A stretch of DNA of 64,000 nucleotides from Patescibacteria group bacterium UBA926 (GTDB lineage: Bacteria > Patescibacteriota > Doudnabacteria > UBA920). The number at the start of each line of letters is the position of its first letter. The first letter of the stretch is position 1. Where the stretch lies: NCBI GenBank assembly GCA_002293685.1, contig DBDS01000006.1:20187-84186 (forward strand). Direction: 5' to 3'. The translations under genes were made by a program, and so were the position numbers. This document shows, piece by piece, positions 1 to 8,753 of this stretch. The notes under the pieces are model-generated. The model made no database searches, was not told the DNA's origin, and was given only the letters and a program-made list of their open reading frames with translations.

Positions 1-48
1 TCTGTATATTCTAGTTTACAAACTTTGCATTGATATGTGTCCATAGCT

Positions 49-516
49 TTATTCTAAATTCCATTTAAATGATCTTTCGGAAATGCCACCTACGTCCTTA
101 ACCTTTAATTCAATAAACTTTGGCGACGGCTGAATCGCATTAAATGTTAGAGTGCCTTCGCGGTGATGGCCACCTGGGCCCGGTCCTTCCCAAGCCGTCG
201 GCTGAAAAGTATTACCTGAATCATCTACTAACACCACTGCTTTAGTAGGGTCTTGATCTAAATCTCCGGAGTGGGTCGTAAACGATACAGTAAATTTCCA
301 GATTGGTTCGGCCTTGCTTAATGTTACCGGAGTCGCCTTAACTACAACGGGTTGCTGCTCATCTGTCTGTGTTTCCCACTGCTTTTGATTCGTCATTTGC
401 TGTTGCTGTGTCTGTTGTCGATCATCATCTACCTGATCATCTTTGTACACTACAAAGTAGTAGTACATCAGGAATACAAACGCCAAACCTATAATTATTA
501 ATCGCCAATATTTCAT
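49..516 (-). CDS. Membrane-anchored extracytoplasmic protein with GGHHREG motif (copper-cluster associated)
   Basis: N-terminal TM helix, Gln-rich linker, HSGDL and GGHHREG His motifs; last visible gene of the CsoR operon. Confidence 0.6.
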   Translation of the reverse strand: MKYWRLIIIGLAFVFLMYYYFVVYKDDQVDDDRQQTQQQQMTNQKQWETQTDEQQPVVVKATPVTLSKAEPIWKFTVSFTTHSGDLDQDPTKAVVLVDDSGNTFQPTAWEGPGPGGHHREGTLTFNAIQPSPKFIELKVKDVGGISERSFKWNLE

Positions 517-953
517 ACGTGTGTTACTTTCCTAATTTTGTTAATCATGAAGATGATACCCGCAATATTAAATATTAGTCCTATCCAGAAGAATTGCGTC
601 TGGTATTGAGCGACAAAAGTAACTAGTCCAACAGTTCCAAGAATAGGTAAGATGTTTGTTAGATAGTGAGCGCAGCAAGATATCATAGCAGCGGTTGATG
701 TAGCACCCGTGACACCGAGCACTTTACCAGAACCTTGCCCATTAGCTATTAATTGCTTTAAATGAGTGTATAAGCTAATTTGAATACCGAATCCAATCGC
801 TAGGCTAATAACGAAATACCAATACTGTGCAAATTGATCTTTGGCAAATGGCCAGTCAGAGATAAGCCCTACAACGACAAAGTAGATAACTAGCATTATT
901 ATGCTCGCTAATAGTCCGTATAAGATTGATTTTTTTATACTCAGGTTAGTCAT
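513..953 (-). CDS. Multi-TM membrane protein with SCCAH metal-binding motif
   Basis: About 4 hydrophobic helices, MISCCAHY motif, overlaps the next gene by 4 nt. Confidence 0.6.
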   Translation of the reverse strand: MTNLSIKKSILYGLLASIIMLVIYFVVVGLISDWPFAKDQFAQYWYFVISLAIGFGIQISLYTHLKQLIANGQGSGKVLGVTGATSTAAMISCCAHYLTNILPILGTVGLVTFVAQYQTQFFWIGLIFNIAGIIFMINKIRKVTHV

Positions 954-956
954 AAG

Positions 957-1142
957 TTAAATGTAAGCGCTTGGGTCTTCTTCAAATTGCCACTTGCAAT
1001 GGTCAGAGCAGAACTTGTAGGTTATTCCATCATGATCGTACGTAATATTATCAGTAGGTTTCATCCTACATACTGGATCTTTAGATGGTTTACCACTTTT
1101 TTCTTTAGGGTATTTTTTAAAGAATGAATTTAATATACTCAT
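957..1142 (-). CDS. YHS-domain metal-binding protein
   Basis: KDPVC-x-M...YKFCSDHC...F..DP pattern typical of YHS/TRASH domains. Confidence 0.85.
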   Translation of the reverse strand: MSILNSFFKKYPKEKSGKPSKDPVCRMKPTDNITYDHDGITYKFCSDHCKWQFEEDPSAYI

Positions 1143-1154
1143 AACATGTTTTGT

Positions 1155-1403
1155 TTAATGATTATGGATATTTGATTTTCCATCAGGTTGAACTTTTTCA
1201 GTATCATCTTCCGGTTTATCACGGCCATGACCGAACATCATCAGGATATGAACCAGGACAAAGGCACCGATAAGTGCAAACCATCCCCAGCTTGAGACAA
1301 TATTACCAATTCTTCCTCCAAATAATAGGAGCGCAATCGGCAACAACAAGCAGCCAGCCATCATCATCCACATCATTTTCGAATTATGATTAGAATTATG
1401 CAT
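1155..1403 (-). CDS. Small 2-TM His/Met-rich protein (DUF2933-like)
   Basis: MMWMMMAGC, HILMMFGH motifs; two TM helices. Confidence 0.55.
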   Translation of the reverse strand: MHNSNHNSKMMWMMMAGCLLLPIALLLFGGRIGNIVSSWGWFALIGAFVLVHILMMFGHGRDKPEDDTEKVQPDGKSNIHNH

Positions 1404-1436
1404 GACGTGCCTTTCTTTATTAATAATTAAACTAAA

Positions 1437-1706
1437 TTAGGATCGCTCTATGATACTGGAATTATGCATCCAGACCATATAGGCTCCAAAGATCCATGAA
1501 AGCAGTGCTATCAATATTGCACCCCAAATGTAACTACCCAAACTTCCCCATGTGAACCAAGGCAAAGTCTCAAATAGGGTATGGTGTAGCTTAACTCCTT
1601 GCTCACTTCGGAGCGGTAAGTAACCACCTATTAAACAGAGCACATAAACTATTTCTGCACCGAGTATGCATTTTAGTGTATAGAGTCTTAAAGATAATTT
1701 TCCCAT
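1437..1706 (-). CDS. Small membrane protein (DUF5676-like, copper-cluster associated)
   Basis: YVLC...LHH.LF..LP.F.W pattern with TM helices. Confidence 0.55.
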   Translation of the reverse strand: MGKLSLRLYTLKCILGAEIVYVLCLIGGYLPLRSEQGVKLHHTLFETLPWFTWGSLGSYIWGAILIALLSWIFGAYMVWMHNSSIIERS

Positions 1707-1724
1707 ACATTTAGAATTAGTTGA

Positions 1725-1946
1725 TTAAACAATCTCTCCACGTTTTTCGAGCATCATGTGGTGAATTGTTGCTAGTTGAAGCCATGTAGCTATGAGAATG
1801 AGTATTCCAGCACAGAGCAAGGCATCTATTTTTGTAACTCCCGCTACCAGATTGTCACCACCACCCAGGAGCGCACCAATAAATGTTATGACTCCTGCAA
1901 ACCCTACTATAACGCTTGTCACATGCATTAATTTTGAGAATTTCAT
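1725..1946 (-). CDS. Small 2-TM membrane protein
   Basis: Two hydrophobic helices, C-terminal IHHMM; inside the operon. Confidence 0.6.
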   Translation of the reverse strand: MKFSKLMHVTSVIVGFAGVITFIGALLGGGDNLVAGVTKIDALLCAGILILIATWLQLATIHHMMLEKRGEIV

Positions 1947-1963
1947 ATTTTTAAATTAATTGA

Positions 1964-2194
1964 TTAATTTTTGATCTCTTTTTCTGGAACGAGATTCATT
2001 CCGCATTCAGGGCAACTTCCAGCTTCGTCCTGTTTTATATTTGGATGCATCTCACAGGTGTAAGTAGTAGCAACGGATGATGTGTGATGATGAGCATCAT
2101 CACCTCCGCAACACCCATGAGAGGTTATATCTTTAGTCTCACAACATCCATGCGTGCAAGTACCATTTTGTGTGTGATTTATAGCGTGATTCAT
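1964..2194 (-). CDS. Heavy-metal-binding domain protein
   Basis: YTCEMHP...GSCPECGMNLVP motif plus HGCC repeats and a His tract. Confidence 0.85.
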   Translation of the reverse strand: MNHAINHTQNGTCTHGCCETKDITSHGCCGGDDAHHHTSSVATTYTCEMHPNIKQDEAGSCPECGMNLVPEKEIKN

Positions 2195-2199
2195 ATATT

Positions 2200-2481
2200 T
2201 TATTTATTTGATAAGGTATAAACTTTAATTAATTCCTTTATGGCCTTTTCGTCTTCACCCTTAGTTTGCATTTGGTGCTTAACATGGGTGCGAAGATGAT
2301 TTTCCAATAAGAACGTATCTAAGCTTTTGAGCGACCTTTGGATGGAGAGAGAGTCTTCTAGTAAGACAGGGCAATACTCTTCATTCTCAATAGCTTTGAT
2401 TAATCCCTCAGCTTGTCCTCTGATTATTTTGGCTCGATGAACTGCTCTTTTCTTAAGATTCTGATCTAGTGTGTGTTTCAT
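2200..2481 (-). CDS. csoR: CsoR/RcnR-family metal-sensing repressor
   Basis: R-x-K-I-x-G-Q...EYC..LL...I...LE.HL.THV family signature; heads a metal-resistance operon. Confidence 0.8.
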   Translation of the reverse strand: MKHTLDQNLKKRAVHRAKIIRGQAEGLIKAIENEEYCPVLLEDSLSIQRSLKSLDTFLLENHLRTHVKHQMQTKGEDEKAIKELIKVYTLSNK

Positions 2482-2510
2482 AGTTATCCACAGCTTAATT
2501 ATATAGTCTA

Positions 2511-2554
2511 TACCCCCATACCCTATTTATACTACTATCTCCAAGAGGTGTCAA
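2511..2554 (-). promoter_or_regulatory. sigma70 promoter with G-tract CsoR-type operator
   Basis: Minus strand TTGACA(2554-2549)-17 bp-TATAAA(2531-2526), followed by ATAGGGTATGGGGGTA (2526-2511), a G/C-tract typical of CsoR/RcnR operators. Confidence 0.7.
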
Positions 2555-2595
2555 GTTAATGAAAAGGGTTATATAAATTAAGTAATTTTTCAAAT

Positions 2596-2620
2596 AAAAA
2601 ACCGGCCAAGACCGGTTTTT
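2596..2620. terminator. Intrinsic terminator (bidirectional geometry)
   Basis: AAAAAACCGG-CCAAGA-CCGGTTTTT right after the 2625 stop. Confidence 0.7.
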
Positions 2621-2624
2621 AGTA

Positions 2625-3248
2625 TTAAATTCCTAAATCTATAAATTGTGGGTGTATCACGCCAACTCTGGCTTTTAATCCAGTAGTTCCTGCTGGTACT
2701 TCGTAGATCACTACAAACGTTTTTGGAAGATTGGGCTGCAAGTTAGATAGCAAGAATAGGTCTGCACCTTCTGGTACCCATTCACTAACATCACTTGAGC
2801 TGGTGAACTCGCGATTTTGACTATCAACTAAAGTAGGGGTAGTGATGCTCGCTAAATCTTTACCTCGGTTCTCTATTGAGATTGTGAGTTGGATAAACTT
2901 ACCAGTAGAGGTTTTAGTCTTGGCGATTGTAGGATACCGAGAATCTTTGGCAAGCAAACTAGTTCCTCGATCTTTCACTTCATCAATTTGCCATACTACA
3001 TCTCCTGAGGGTACGACTTGTTTCACTGCGTAGACAGTGTCTTTTGTACTCCCGTTTTCAGAGCCATTGTTGTTACCGTCACCGCCATTGACGGCAATAA
3101 TTCCAATTAAAATAAAAAATCCAATAATTCCACCTAGAGTAGTTAGGACTTTATGACGCATGAACCAGTTACGCTGGTCAGTCTGACAATGGGGACACTT
3201 TTTTGCTTTGGCGTCTATTTCTTTTTGACACCCTTTGCATTTTTTCAT
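2625..3248 (-). CDS. Zinc-ribbon + TM + DUF4352-like Ig-fold protein
   Basis: MKKCKGC...KKCPHC zinc ribbon (likely start ATG 3248 rather than 3281), TM helix, LVDSQNREF...LQPN...YEVP DUF4352-like domain. Confidence 0.75.
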   Translation of the reverse strand: MKKCKGCQKEIDAKAKKCPHCQTDQRNWFMRHKVLTTLGGIIGFFILIGIIAVNGGDGNNNGSENGSTKDTVYAVKQVVPSGDVVWQIDEVKDRGTSLLAKDSRYPTIAKTKTSTGKFIQLTISIENRGKDLASITTPTLVDSQNREFTSSSDVSEWVPEGADLFLLSNLQPNLPKTFVVIYEVPAGTTGLKARVGVIHPQFIDLGI

Positions 3249-3288
3249 AACGAGTTTTTTCTTTCCGCTAGCAGGTAACATAAAGCCC

Positions 3289-3407
3289 CACGCCAGCTGG
3301 TCCTTACGGACCCATATCAGTTTCCCGATATGACTCGTTAAAGTTGCTGAACGCAGGGTTCAATATCTTTAACGAGTTTTGATTCACCATGCCAGCGTGA
3401 CCGCTGG
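3289..3407 (-). ncRNA. Candidate structured cis-regulatory leader RNA (multi-stem junction)
   Basis: Closing stem CACGCUGGC/GCUGGCGUG, 11-bp ACUCGUUAAAG/CUUUAACGAGU stem, two GNRA-capped hairpins (GAAA, GUAA). Confidence 0.6.
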
Positions 3408-3436
3408 TTTAGGCTACTTAGTTAATTGTTGAGGTA

Positions 3437-3464
3437 ATTATACTATATTTACGTTATTTATCAA
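3437..3464 (-). promoter_or_regulatory. sigma70 promoter for the leader/DUF4352 gene
   Basis: Minus strand TTGATA(3464-3459)-16 bp-TATAAT(3442-3437). Confidence 0.65.
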
Positions 3465-3487
3465 TCAGCTAGCTAGGCTGAAAAAGC

Positions 3488-4825
3488 TTATGATTCCCTA
3501 CGTTCTGACTTAATTGAGACAACTTTGTCATTGAGTACAATTATGCCTTTTAAACAATTCAAGAATTCCCGTTTTTCTATATCGGATCCTTCTTGGAGTA
3601 TAAACTTGGCATAGTTCCTGATATCAATGTCTTGAACAACGATAGGAGTTTTAGTACCCAAAATTATCTGTTGAAACTTTTTATACCGCTTCACTTCTTG
3701 GCTAATTTTATCTTTTATCGGAATTAATTTAATATCTAATTTTTCGACCAAAGTTTGTAGTTGTTCTATCAGCTCAACTTCATTGATGTAGCCGGATTTA
3801 CAGTTAGCATCTCGGGATTTAGTACAACCATAGTAGACATGCCTATTAACAGAACCGTCTTTCAGTTTCTTAAACTTTTCATCGGCAGATATGCCTGAGC
3901 CGCAAAGACCGCAAGCCATCAGTTTGGTAAAGGCAAACTCTTTTGATTCTTGGCTTCTTAGTACCTGGCTTTTCATTTGAGCTTGTACTTCATCAAATAA
4001 CTCTTTGGTAATAATAGGTGTGTGTTTTCCAGTATACCAATTGCCGCTCTTTTTAGGATATTCAAAAACCCCATAATAGAATGGGGTTTGAAGTATCATA
4101 TAGACATTACTTAGTGTTAGATTTTTTTGACCGTAAGCGGTTTTGAAATTCAGATCAAATTTTAACCAATTGTATATTTTTCTACCGCTCCATTTTTCGT
4201 AAGCTACCTTTTCAAACATCTGCTTTATAATCGGCGCTCTATCAGGATCAACTAAGGTTTCGCATTTCCGATCCATCCGTTTTTCTTTTAAGTAACCAGT
4301 CGGAGCAGGTTCTGGCCATAATCCCATTTCTACTCTGGTTTTCAGTCCACGTTTTACATTGATACTTTTATTATCGTTTTCAAGTTTTGCCTGAGAACAG
4401 AGAATCATCAAGAGAAATTTTTCGTTCGGCGAATTTTTAAAATGCTGTCCGTATGTTCTAATTTCCAATAACTTTTTCTCGTCCATTAGATCCACTACTG
4501 ATCCAAGGTCACCCGCATTTCTACTCAACCGATCAGGTGCCCAGGTTAATATGCCGGTATACCTTCCAGATCTAACATCAGCCAAGATTTCTTTAAAAAC
4601 TGGCCTTTGGCCTGATTCTTTAGCTGAGTGAGATTCTCGCCTGATATCGACTATATCCAGATTCTCCTTATCAGCTATGGCTAGCATTTCCTTAACCTGG
4701 GAATCTATGGATAAGGCTTGCCGTTCGTCTGATTCGGTAGACTTCCGGGCGTATAGGCAATACTTAATCCGAGCAACCGGGGCAAGGGTTTCGGTGCTAA
4801 ATTGAGCTGTTTTATAGGTATCCAT
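3488..4825 (-). CDS. Large serine recombinase (resolvase + recombinase + Zn-ribbon domains)
   Basis: YARKS catalytic Ser, SAK..RP.F, DRLSRN, CGLCG...YYGC...C zinc ribbon. Confidence 0.93.
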   Translation of the reverse strand: MDTYKTAQFSTETLAPVARIKYCLYARKSTESDERQALSIDSQVKEMLAIADKENLDIVDIRRESHSAKESGQRPVFKEILADVRSGRYTGILTWAPDRLSRNAGDLGSVVDLMDEKKLLEIRTYGQHFKNSPNEKFLLMILCSQAKLENDNKSINVKRGLKTRVEMGLWPEPAPTGYLKEKRMDRKCETLVDPDRAPIIKQMFEKVAYEKWSGRKIYNWLKFDLNFKTAYGQKNLTLSNVYMILQTPFYYGVFEYPKKSGNWYTGKHTPIITKELFDEVQAQMKSQVLRSQESKEFAFTKLMACGLCGSGISADEKFKKLKDGSVNRHVYYGCTKSRDANCKSGYINEVELIEQLQTLVEKLDIKLIPIKDKISQEVKRYKKFQQIILGTKTPIVVQDIDIRNYAKFILQEGSDIEKREFLNCLKGIIVLNDKVVSIKSERRES

Positions 4826-4905
4826 ATATAATTAATGCCAGAGATCATTAAGTTTGCTAAGGCCTCTTGTTGATAACTTTTTTAGCTAAAATTTAGCTAT
4901 TTCAG

Positions 4906-6402
4906 CTATTCCACATCAACGTAATCCCGATAGTAAAGCACATCATCATCACTGGGGATACCGCCGACCCACATCATGATTATGGTGCCATCGTCTGCGT
5001 GTTTCTCAAGTGTAGCGTTAATAAGAAGTGAAAAGGCGTCTGCAAGATCATCATGTTTTTCAACTCCAAAGCCTACAAGCTGCTCAATTAGCTTTTCACA
5101 GCCTTGCCGTGGAAACTTAATCAGACCAGACTTGATCGACATCGATGTAAGCGAAAGTCGGGTTCGCTTATCGCCCTTAGGCTTAATGGCTTCTGCTTCA
5201 ACTCCATGAAATTCCAGCATCTGGGGAAGTGCTTCTTGATAAGCTACGCTTTCAACAAATAACGTATCCTGCGAACCTTTCATCACAGTGCTTTTAACAT
5301 TTTTCATCAGATCGACCTGAGCCGGAAAGTTCAGCTTTTGCATTATGGGATTTGGCAGAATGTATATGCGTAACTTGTCACACCTGCTGTATACATGGGC
5401 AAAAACAACTGCTGTGAAATCAGCGGTGTCTTTTGAAGATATGGCAAGGTCAACTCCGGCGTATGTGCCCCGGTACCCTCTATGTTTGTCTCCCGGTAGC
5501 TCGTCATAGTATTGAATCCATTCGGGATATATTACTTGATCATCGCTTGGAATAATTCGAAGCAAATATTCTCGCTGCCACGATATTTCACTGGCAATTT
5601 TTAGTTTTTCTTCTTCAATTTCTTTAACAGTGGGGTACTTTCCCGGCCACAAGCAGTTGTCCTGCTCATCAAGTAATGGATATTGTTTGAACACACCAGA
5701 GGTCCGACTTTGGTTCACTTCTTCCTTAATCCGCATCAGTAGCGAGTCTTCGTGCAGCAGATTACCAACTATTATTAGTCTGCTAGTTCGATCACCGGCA
5801 GGCAAAACTTCGCCACGGAGCCAGTGATAAGTTTTTTCACGTCCTTCCCGGGTCTTAGTGGATTGTACATCTTCAACGTCATCACAAATAATGAGGTCAG
5901 GACGGTATTCATTATGGCGAAGTCCACGAATACTTTGGTCGGTAGAGGCAACTGTGATTCGCGCGCCGTGCTTGCTGAATACCAAAGAGTGCGAGCCCCA
6001 TTCATCACTTTCTTCTTGAAATGGTCCTAAATCGCGTTTGAGTAAGTCATTATCTTCCAGCTCGTTTCGAATGTTCATCATGTGCTGCTTGGCTTGGGCT
6101 TTAGTTTGGCAGAAAATTATGCAAAACTTTTTTTGCTGCTTCCCAAGTATCGACCAAATCGGATAGGCGGTGGTGACCATGGTTGACTTACCAGAGCCAC
6201 GGAATGCCACGATATACAGATTTTCGGTCGGACTTTTTTCGAGGTTGTGAATAATTTCCTTTTGGAAGTCCGCAGTTTCGTACTTCACATAATGGGCGTA
6301 GTAGAAGTGAAAGAAATACAAGAAACTGTCTTTTGTAATGGAAGTTCGCACTAAGCGATCCTTCATCATCCGGTTGACCAACTGGTCGTCAATTATTTTC
6401 AT
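4906..6402 (-). CDS. Phage terminase large subunit-like ATPase/nuclease
   Basis: Walker A AFRGSGKST, Walker B LIICDDVE, RNase H-fold GVDLA / VESVAYQ / HDDLADA; likely start ATG 6402 overlapping the upstream stop (track start 6477). Confidence 0.88.
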   Translation of the reverse strand: MKIIDDQLVNRMMKDRLVRTSITKDSFLYFFHFYYAHYVKYETADFQKEIIHNLEKSPTENLYIVAFRGSGKSTMVTTAYPIWSILGKQQKKFCIIFCQTKAQAKQHMMNIRNELEDNDLLKRDLGPFQEESDEWGSHSLVFSKHGARITVASTDQSIRGLRHNEYRPDLIICDDVEDVQSTKTREGREKTYHWLRGEVLPAGDRTSRLIIVGNLLHEDSLLMRIKEEVNQSRTSGVFKQYPLLDEQDNCLWPGKYPTVKEIEEEKLKIASEISWQREYLLRIIPSDDQVIYPEWIQYYDELPGDKHRGYRGTYAGVDLAISSKDTADFTAVVFAHVYSRCDKLRIYILPNPIMQKLNFPAQVDLMKNVKSTVMKGSQDTLFVESVAYQEALPQMLEFHGVEAEAIKPKGDKRTRLSLTSMSIKSGLIKFPRQGCEKLIEQLVGFGVEKHDDLADAFSLLINATLEKHADDGTIIMMWVGGIPSDDDVLYYRDYVDVE

Positions 6403-6811
6403 CGGTTTTCCTTTCGTTAATTTTCTTAATGGACCTGGACTTTGTAATTGCCGCAAGTCGCAGGGCTTGGCGTACAATTTTCGCTTGGGACGGCGTAAGA
6501 GCTTCGGATTCTTCTTTTGTAGTTACTTCAATCTTGTCTTTGTAATTGTCGTTTCGATGGCGCAGCCAGAAGCTAATCGCTGACCAGTTTTTTTCCTTGA
6601 TCAGAGTTAATAATTGGCTTTCGCTCATGTCATTAACCAAAGCGACACCTTCGGCTAAAGCCTTGTCCATTTTGCTTGCAAAAGTCTTATCTTCCTTGCG
6701 CCACCTGTACACGCTGTTTCTTGATATGCCTGTTTTTTCACAGGCGACTTGAACAATTGGCACTTTAGCCAATTCCTCAAAAAATTGGTTTTGCAGTTTA
6801 CTTTTCTTCAT
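6389..6811 (-). CDS. HTH protein, putative terminase small subunit (phBC6A51-like)
   Basis: ACEKTGISRNSVYRWRKED.F HTH and AISFWL motif, directly upstream of TerL; likely start 6811 (track 6850). Confidence 0.7.
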   Translation of the reverse strand: MKKSKLQNQFFEELAKVPIVQVACEKTGISRNSVYRWRKEDKTFASKMDKALAEGVALVNDMSESQLLTLIKEKNWSAISFWLRHRNDNYKDKIEVTTKEESEALTPSQAKIVRQALRLAAITKSRSIKKINERKTDENN

Positions 6812-8081
6812 GGTGTTCGACTTTAGCCTTGATTCCGGTAAAGGACTCAAAGCGTTTAATGATTAAGTCACAAAATTTCGGCTCGAGTTCACAGCCGTAC
6901 ACCTTTCGACCAAGCTGGTGTCCAGCCAAAAGTGTACTTCCAGAGCCTAGAAAGCTGTCCAAAATAATTTCACCGGGCATAGTGCAACGCTTTATCGCTT
7001 TCTCGTGGAGCGTTACAGGCTTAGACGTGGCATGTTCGTACTCCTTGGAGGGAAGCCGTTTTGCCGTCCAGACATCGATAAATTCGTTCACCTGTGCCAT
7101 TAGTTCGTTTCCGGTACCCATTTCCTTATTCATGACCTCGTTTAAGTCGGTTACAGCTTCGGCAAGGTATGGTTTGCCACGAACACCGTAAACCGCAGGT
7201 TCATAGACCTTATTGAAGGCAACCTTGGGTACTGGATTTTGGTTATTCTTGAGCCACAGGCAAACACGCTTGTTGCTTACGCCAAGCGATCGATAGATAT
7301 CTTGAATTACACCAATATAGATCTGGTCGCAGTAGTAGAACACATGCGTACTTGGGTGTGACACTTCCAAGGCGGCTTTTAAGCTGTCATGGATAAAGTT
7401 TCGATATTCTTCGAATGTGCGTTTATCATTCACATTACCGCCATAGTCCTGTTTGCCACCAATACCGCCGTCATAATCAATTTCTAGGTTATATACGGGA
7501 TCAGAATAAATCATTGACACTCGTTCCGATCCAAGCAGACGGTTAAGCGTTTCTTGCTTGGTGGAATCGCCACAGATAACTTTGTGGTTGCCAAGCGTGA
7601 TAATGTCGCCGAGTTTAGTTTTAGGCGTTTTGATTTTCTTTATCTCTTTGTCTACGTCGAACTGATCCGGTTTAACCTCAACTTCTTCGTCCCAGAATTT
7701 AGCGAGCTGAATTTGGTCAAAGCCGGAATCGAGCAATATATTCAGATCAAAGGATTTTAATGCTTCAAAATCCCAGTTACCGCCCAAGGCATTACTGGAG
7801 ATTAAATATTGCTTGGCTTCATCGTCGGTTAGCTTTCGGTTCGGTACCCGCACATCGATCAGCTCATTGCCACGGCCGAGGAGTTGTAGGGCTTTGATTC
7901 GCTGGTGGCCAGCTAAGATTTTTCCATTCAAATCGATTGCCGGAATTTCCACGATATTAAATTTCTTCAAGCTACGCTTGAGGTCCGACATCTGTTTGTC
8001 GGTGATAATTCGAGGGTTTACCTCTTGGGGGATCAGGTCATTGATCCGTTTTTGCACAGTGTGCCATTGTAGTTTTTGCAT
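6798..8081 (-). CDS. ParB-like N-terminus + N6/N4 DNA methyltransferase
   Basis: NPR..I...LAGHQR ParB/Srx motif; SDPVY (motif IV), H.T.KP, LDSFLGSGST (motif I). Confidence 0.88.
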   Translation of the reverse strand: MQKLQWHTVQKRINDLIPQEVNPRIITDKQMSDLKRSLKKFNIVEIPAIDLNGKILAGHQRIKALQLLGRGNELIDVRVPNRKLTDDEAKQYLISSNALGGNWDFEALKSFDLNILLDSGFDQIQLAKFWDEEVEVKPDQFDVDKEIKKIKTPKTKLGDIITLGNHKVICGDSTKQETLNRLLGSERVSMIYSDPVYNLEIDYDGGIGGKQDYGGNVNDKRTFEEYRNFIHDSLKAALEVSHPSTHVFYYCDQIYIGVIQDIYRSLGVSNKRVCLWLKNNQNPVPKVAFNKVYEPAVYGVRGKPYLAEAVTDLNEVMNKEMGTGNELMAQVNEFIDVWTAKRLPSKEYEHATSKPVTLHEKAIKRCTMPGEIILDSFLGSGSTLLAGHQLGRKVYGCELEPKFCDLIIKRFESFTGIKAKVEHHEEK

Positions 8082-8124
8082 ACATTTATTGCTTAATTGT
8101 TTAAAATGTATGGATAAACAAAAA

Positions 8125-8188
8125 GCCTATTCCACACACGAAATAGCTGAAGTTAAAAACTTCGCACTATTTCTTGCGCGGAATAGGC
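8125..8188 (-). promoter_or_regulatory. Long leader hairpin with U-tract upstream of the MTase-terminase-recombinase operon
   Basis: GCCTATTCC/GGAATAGGC, GAAATAG/CTATTTC and GAAGTT/AACTTC nested arms; followed on the minus strand by TTTTTGTTT. Confidence 0.5.
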
Positions 8189-8249
8189 ATGGCTTTTGAG
8201 GCGATACGCTATTCTACTTTTTACTACGCAGAAATTTTACACTTAAATT

Positions 8250-8666
8250 TTAACTCTCTGGATTGTTTTTTGCAATCCCACGCAGAATTCTTTTGCCGTT
8301 GACGCTTGCTAGAAACTCAATCGTGTCCTTGCCAGCCAGTATCGGGATTTGGTGTGGAAGCTCCAATAGAACCTTGTAGCCGTTCTTTTCTTCTTCCATG
8401 ACCATTTTCACGAATTCTGGATCTTTCTTCATCATGTCTATCAGTACTGTCTTGCTTTCGGGGGAGGAGGTAGTAGGCTCGGCATAGCTGATTGAGCCAA
8501 AAATGCGACCCGGCTTCATGGATTTGAAGGCCTGTCTTACTTTCTTGCCTATGGACAAGGTAGGCTGTTTATGGGAAGTATGCAGTGTTATATCAGTTAT
8601 CCGGATTGTCTTGTATCTCTGGCCTTGCCTAGGCACGAATGGATTTAGTCGTAATTCGTACTCCAT
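8250..8666 (-). CDS. Hypothetical protein of the element
   Basis: 138-aa ORF divergent from the repressor; start uncertain. Confidence 0.5.
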   Translation of the reverse strand: MEYELRLNPFVPRQGQRYKTIRITDITLHTSHKQPTLSIGKKVRQAFKSMKPGRIFGSISYAEPTTSSPESKTVLIDMMKKDPEFVKMVMEEEKNGYKVLLELPHQIPILAGKDTIEFLASVNGKRILRGIAKNNPES

Positions 8667-8753
8667 ATCTCGATTGTAGCATGCAGGTGTAAAATGTCAA
8701 ATAATTATACACTAGGGCTTGCAAAGCCCGGTTATTTATGCTAAGTTGGATTT

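Noticed and set aside
2484-2492. DnaA box TTATCCACA / replication origin
   Set aside because: Single box with no visible cluster or dnaA context
3289-3407. c-di-AMP (ydaO) riboswitch
   Set aside because: GGUGAAUC and a GAACC..CAGC-like stretch occur, but the stem arrangement and other conserved segments do not fit
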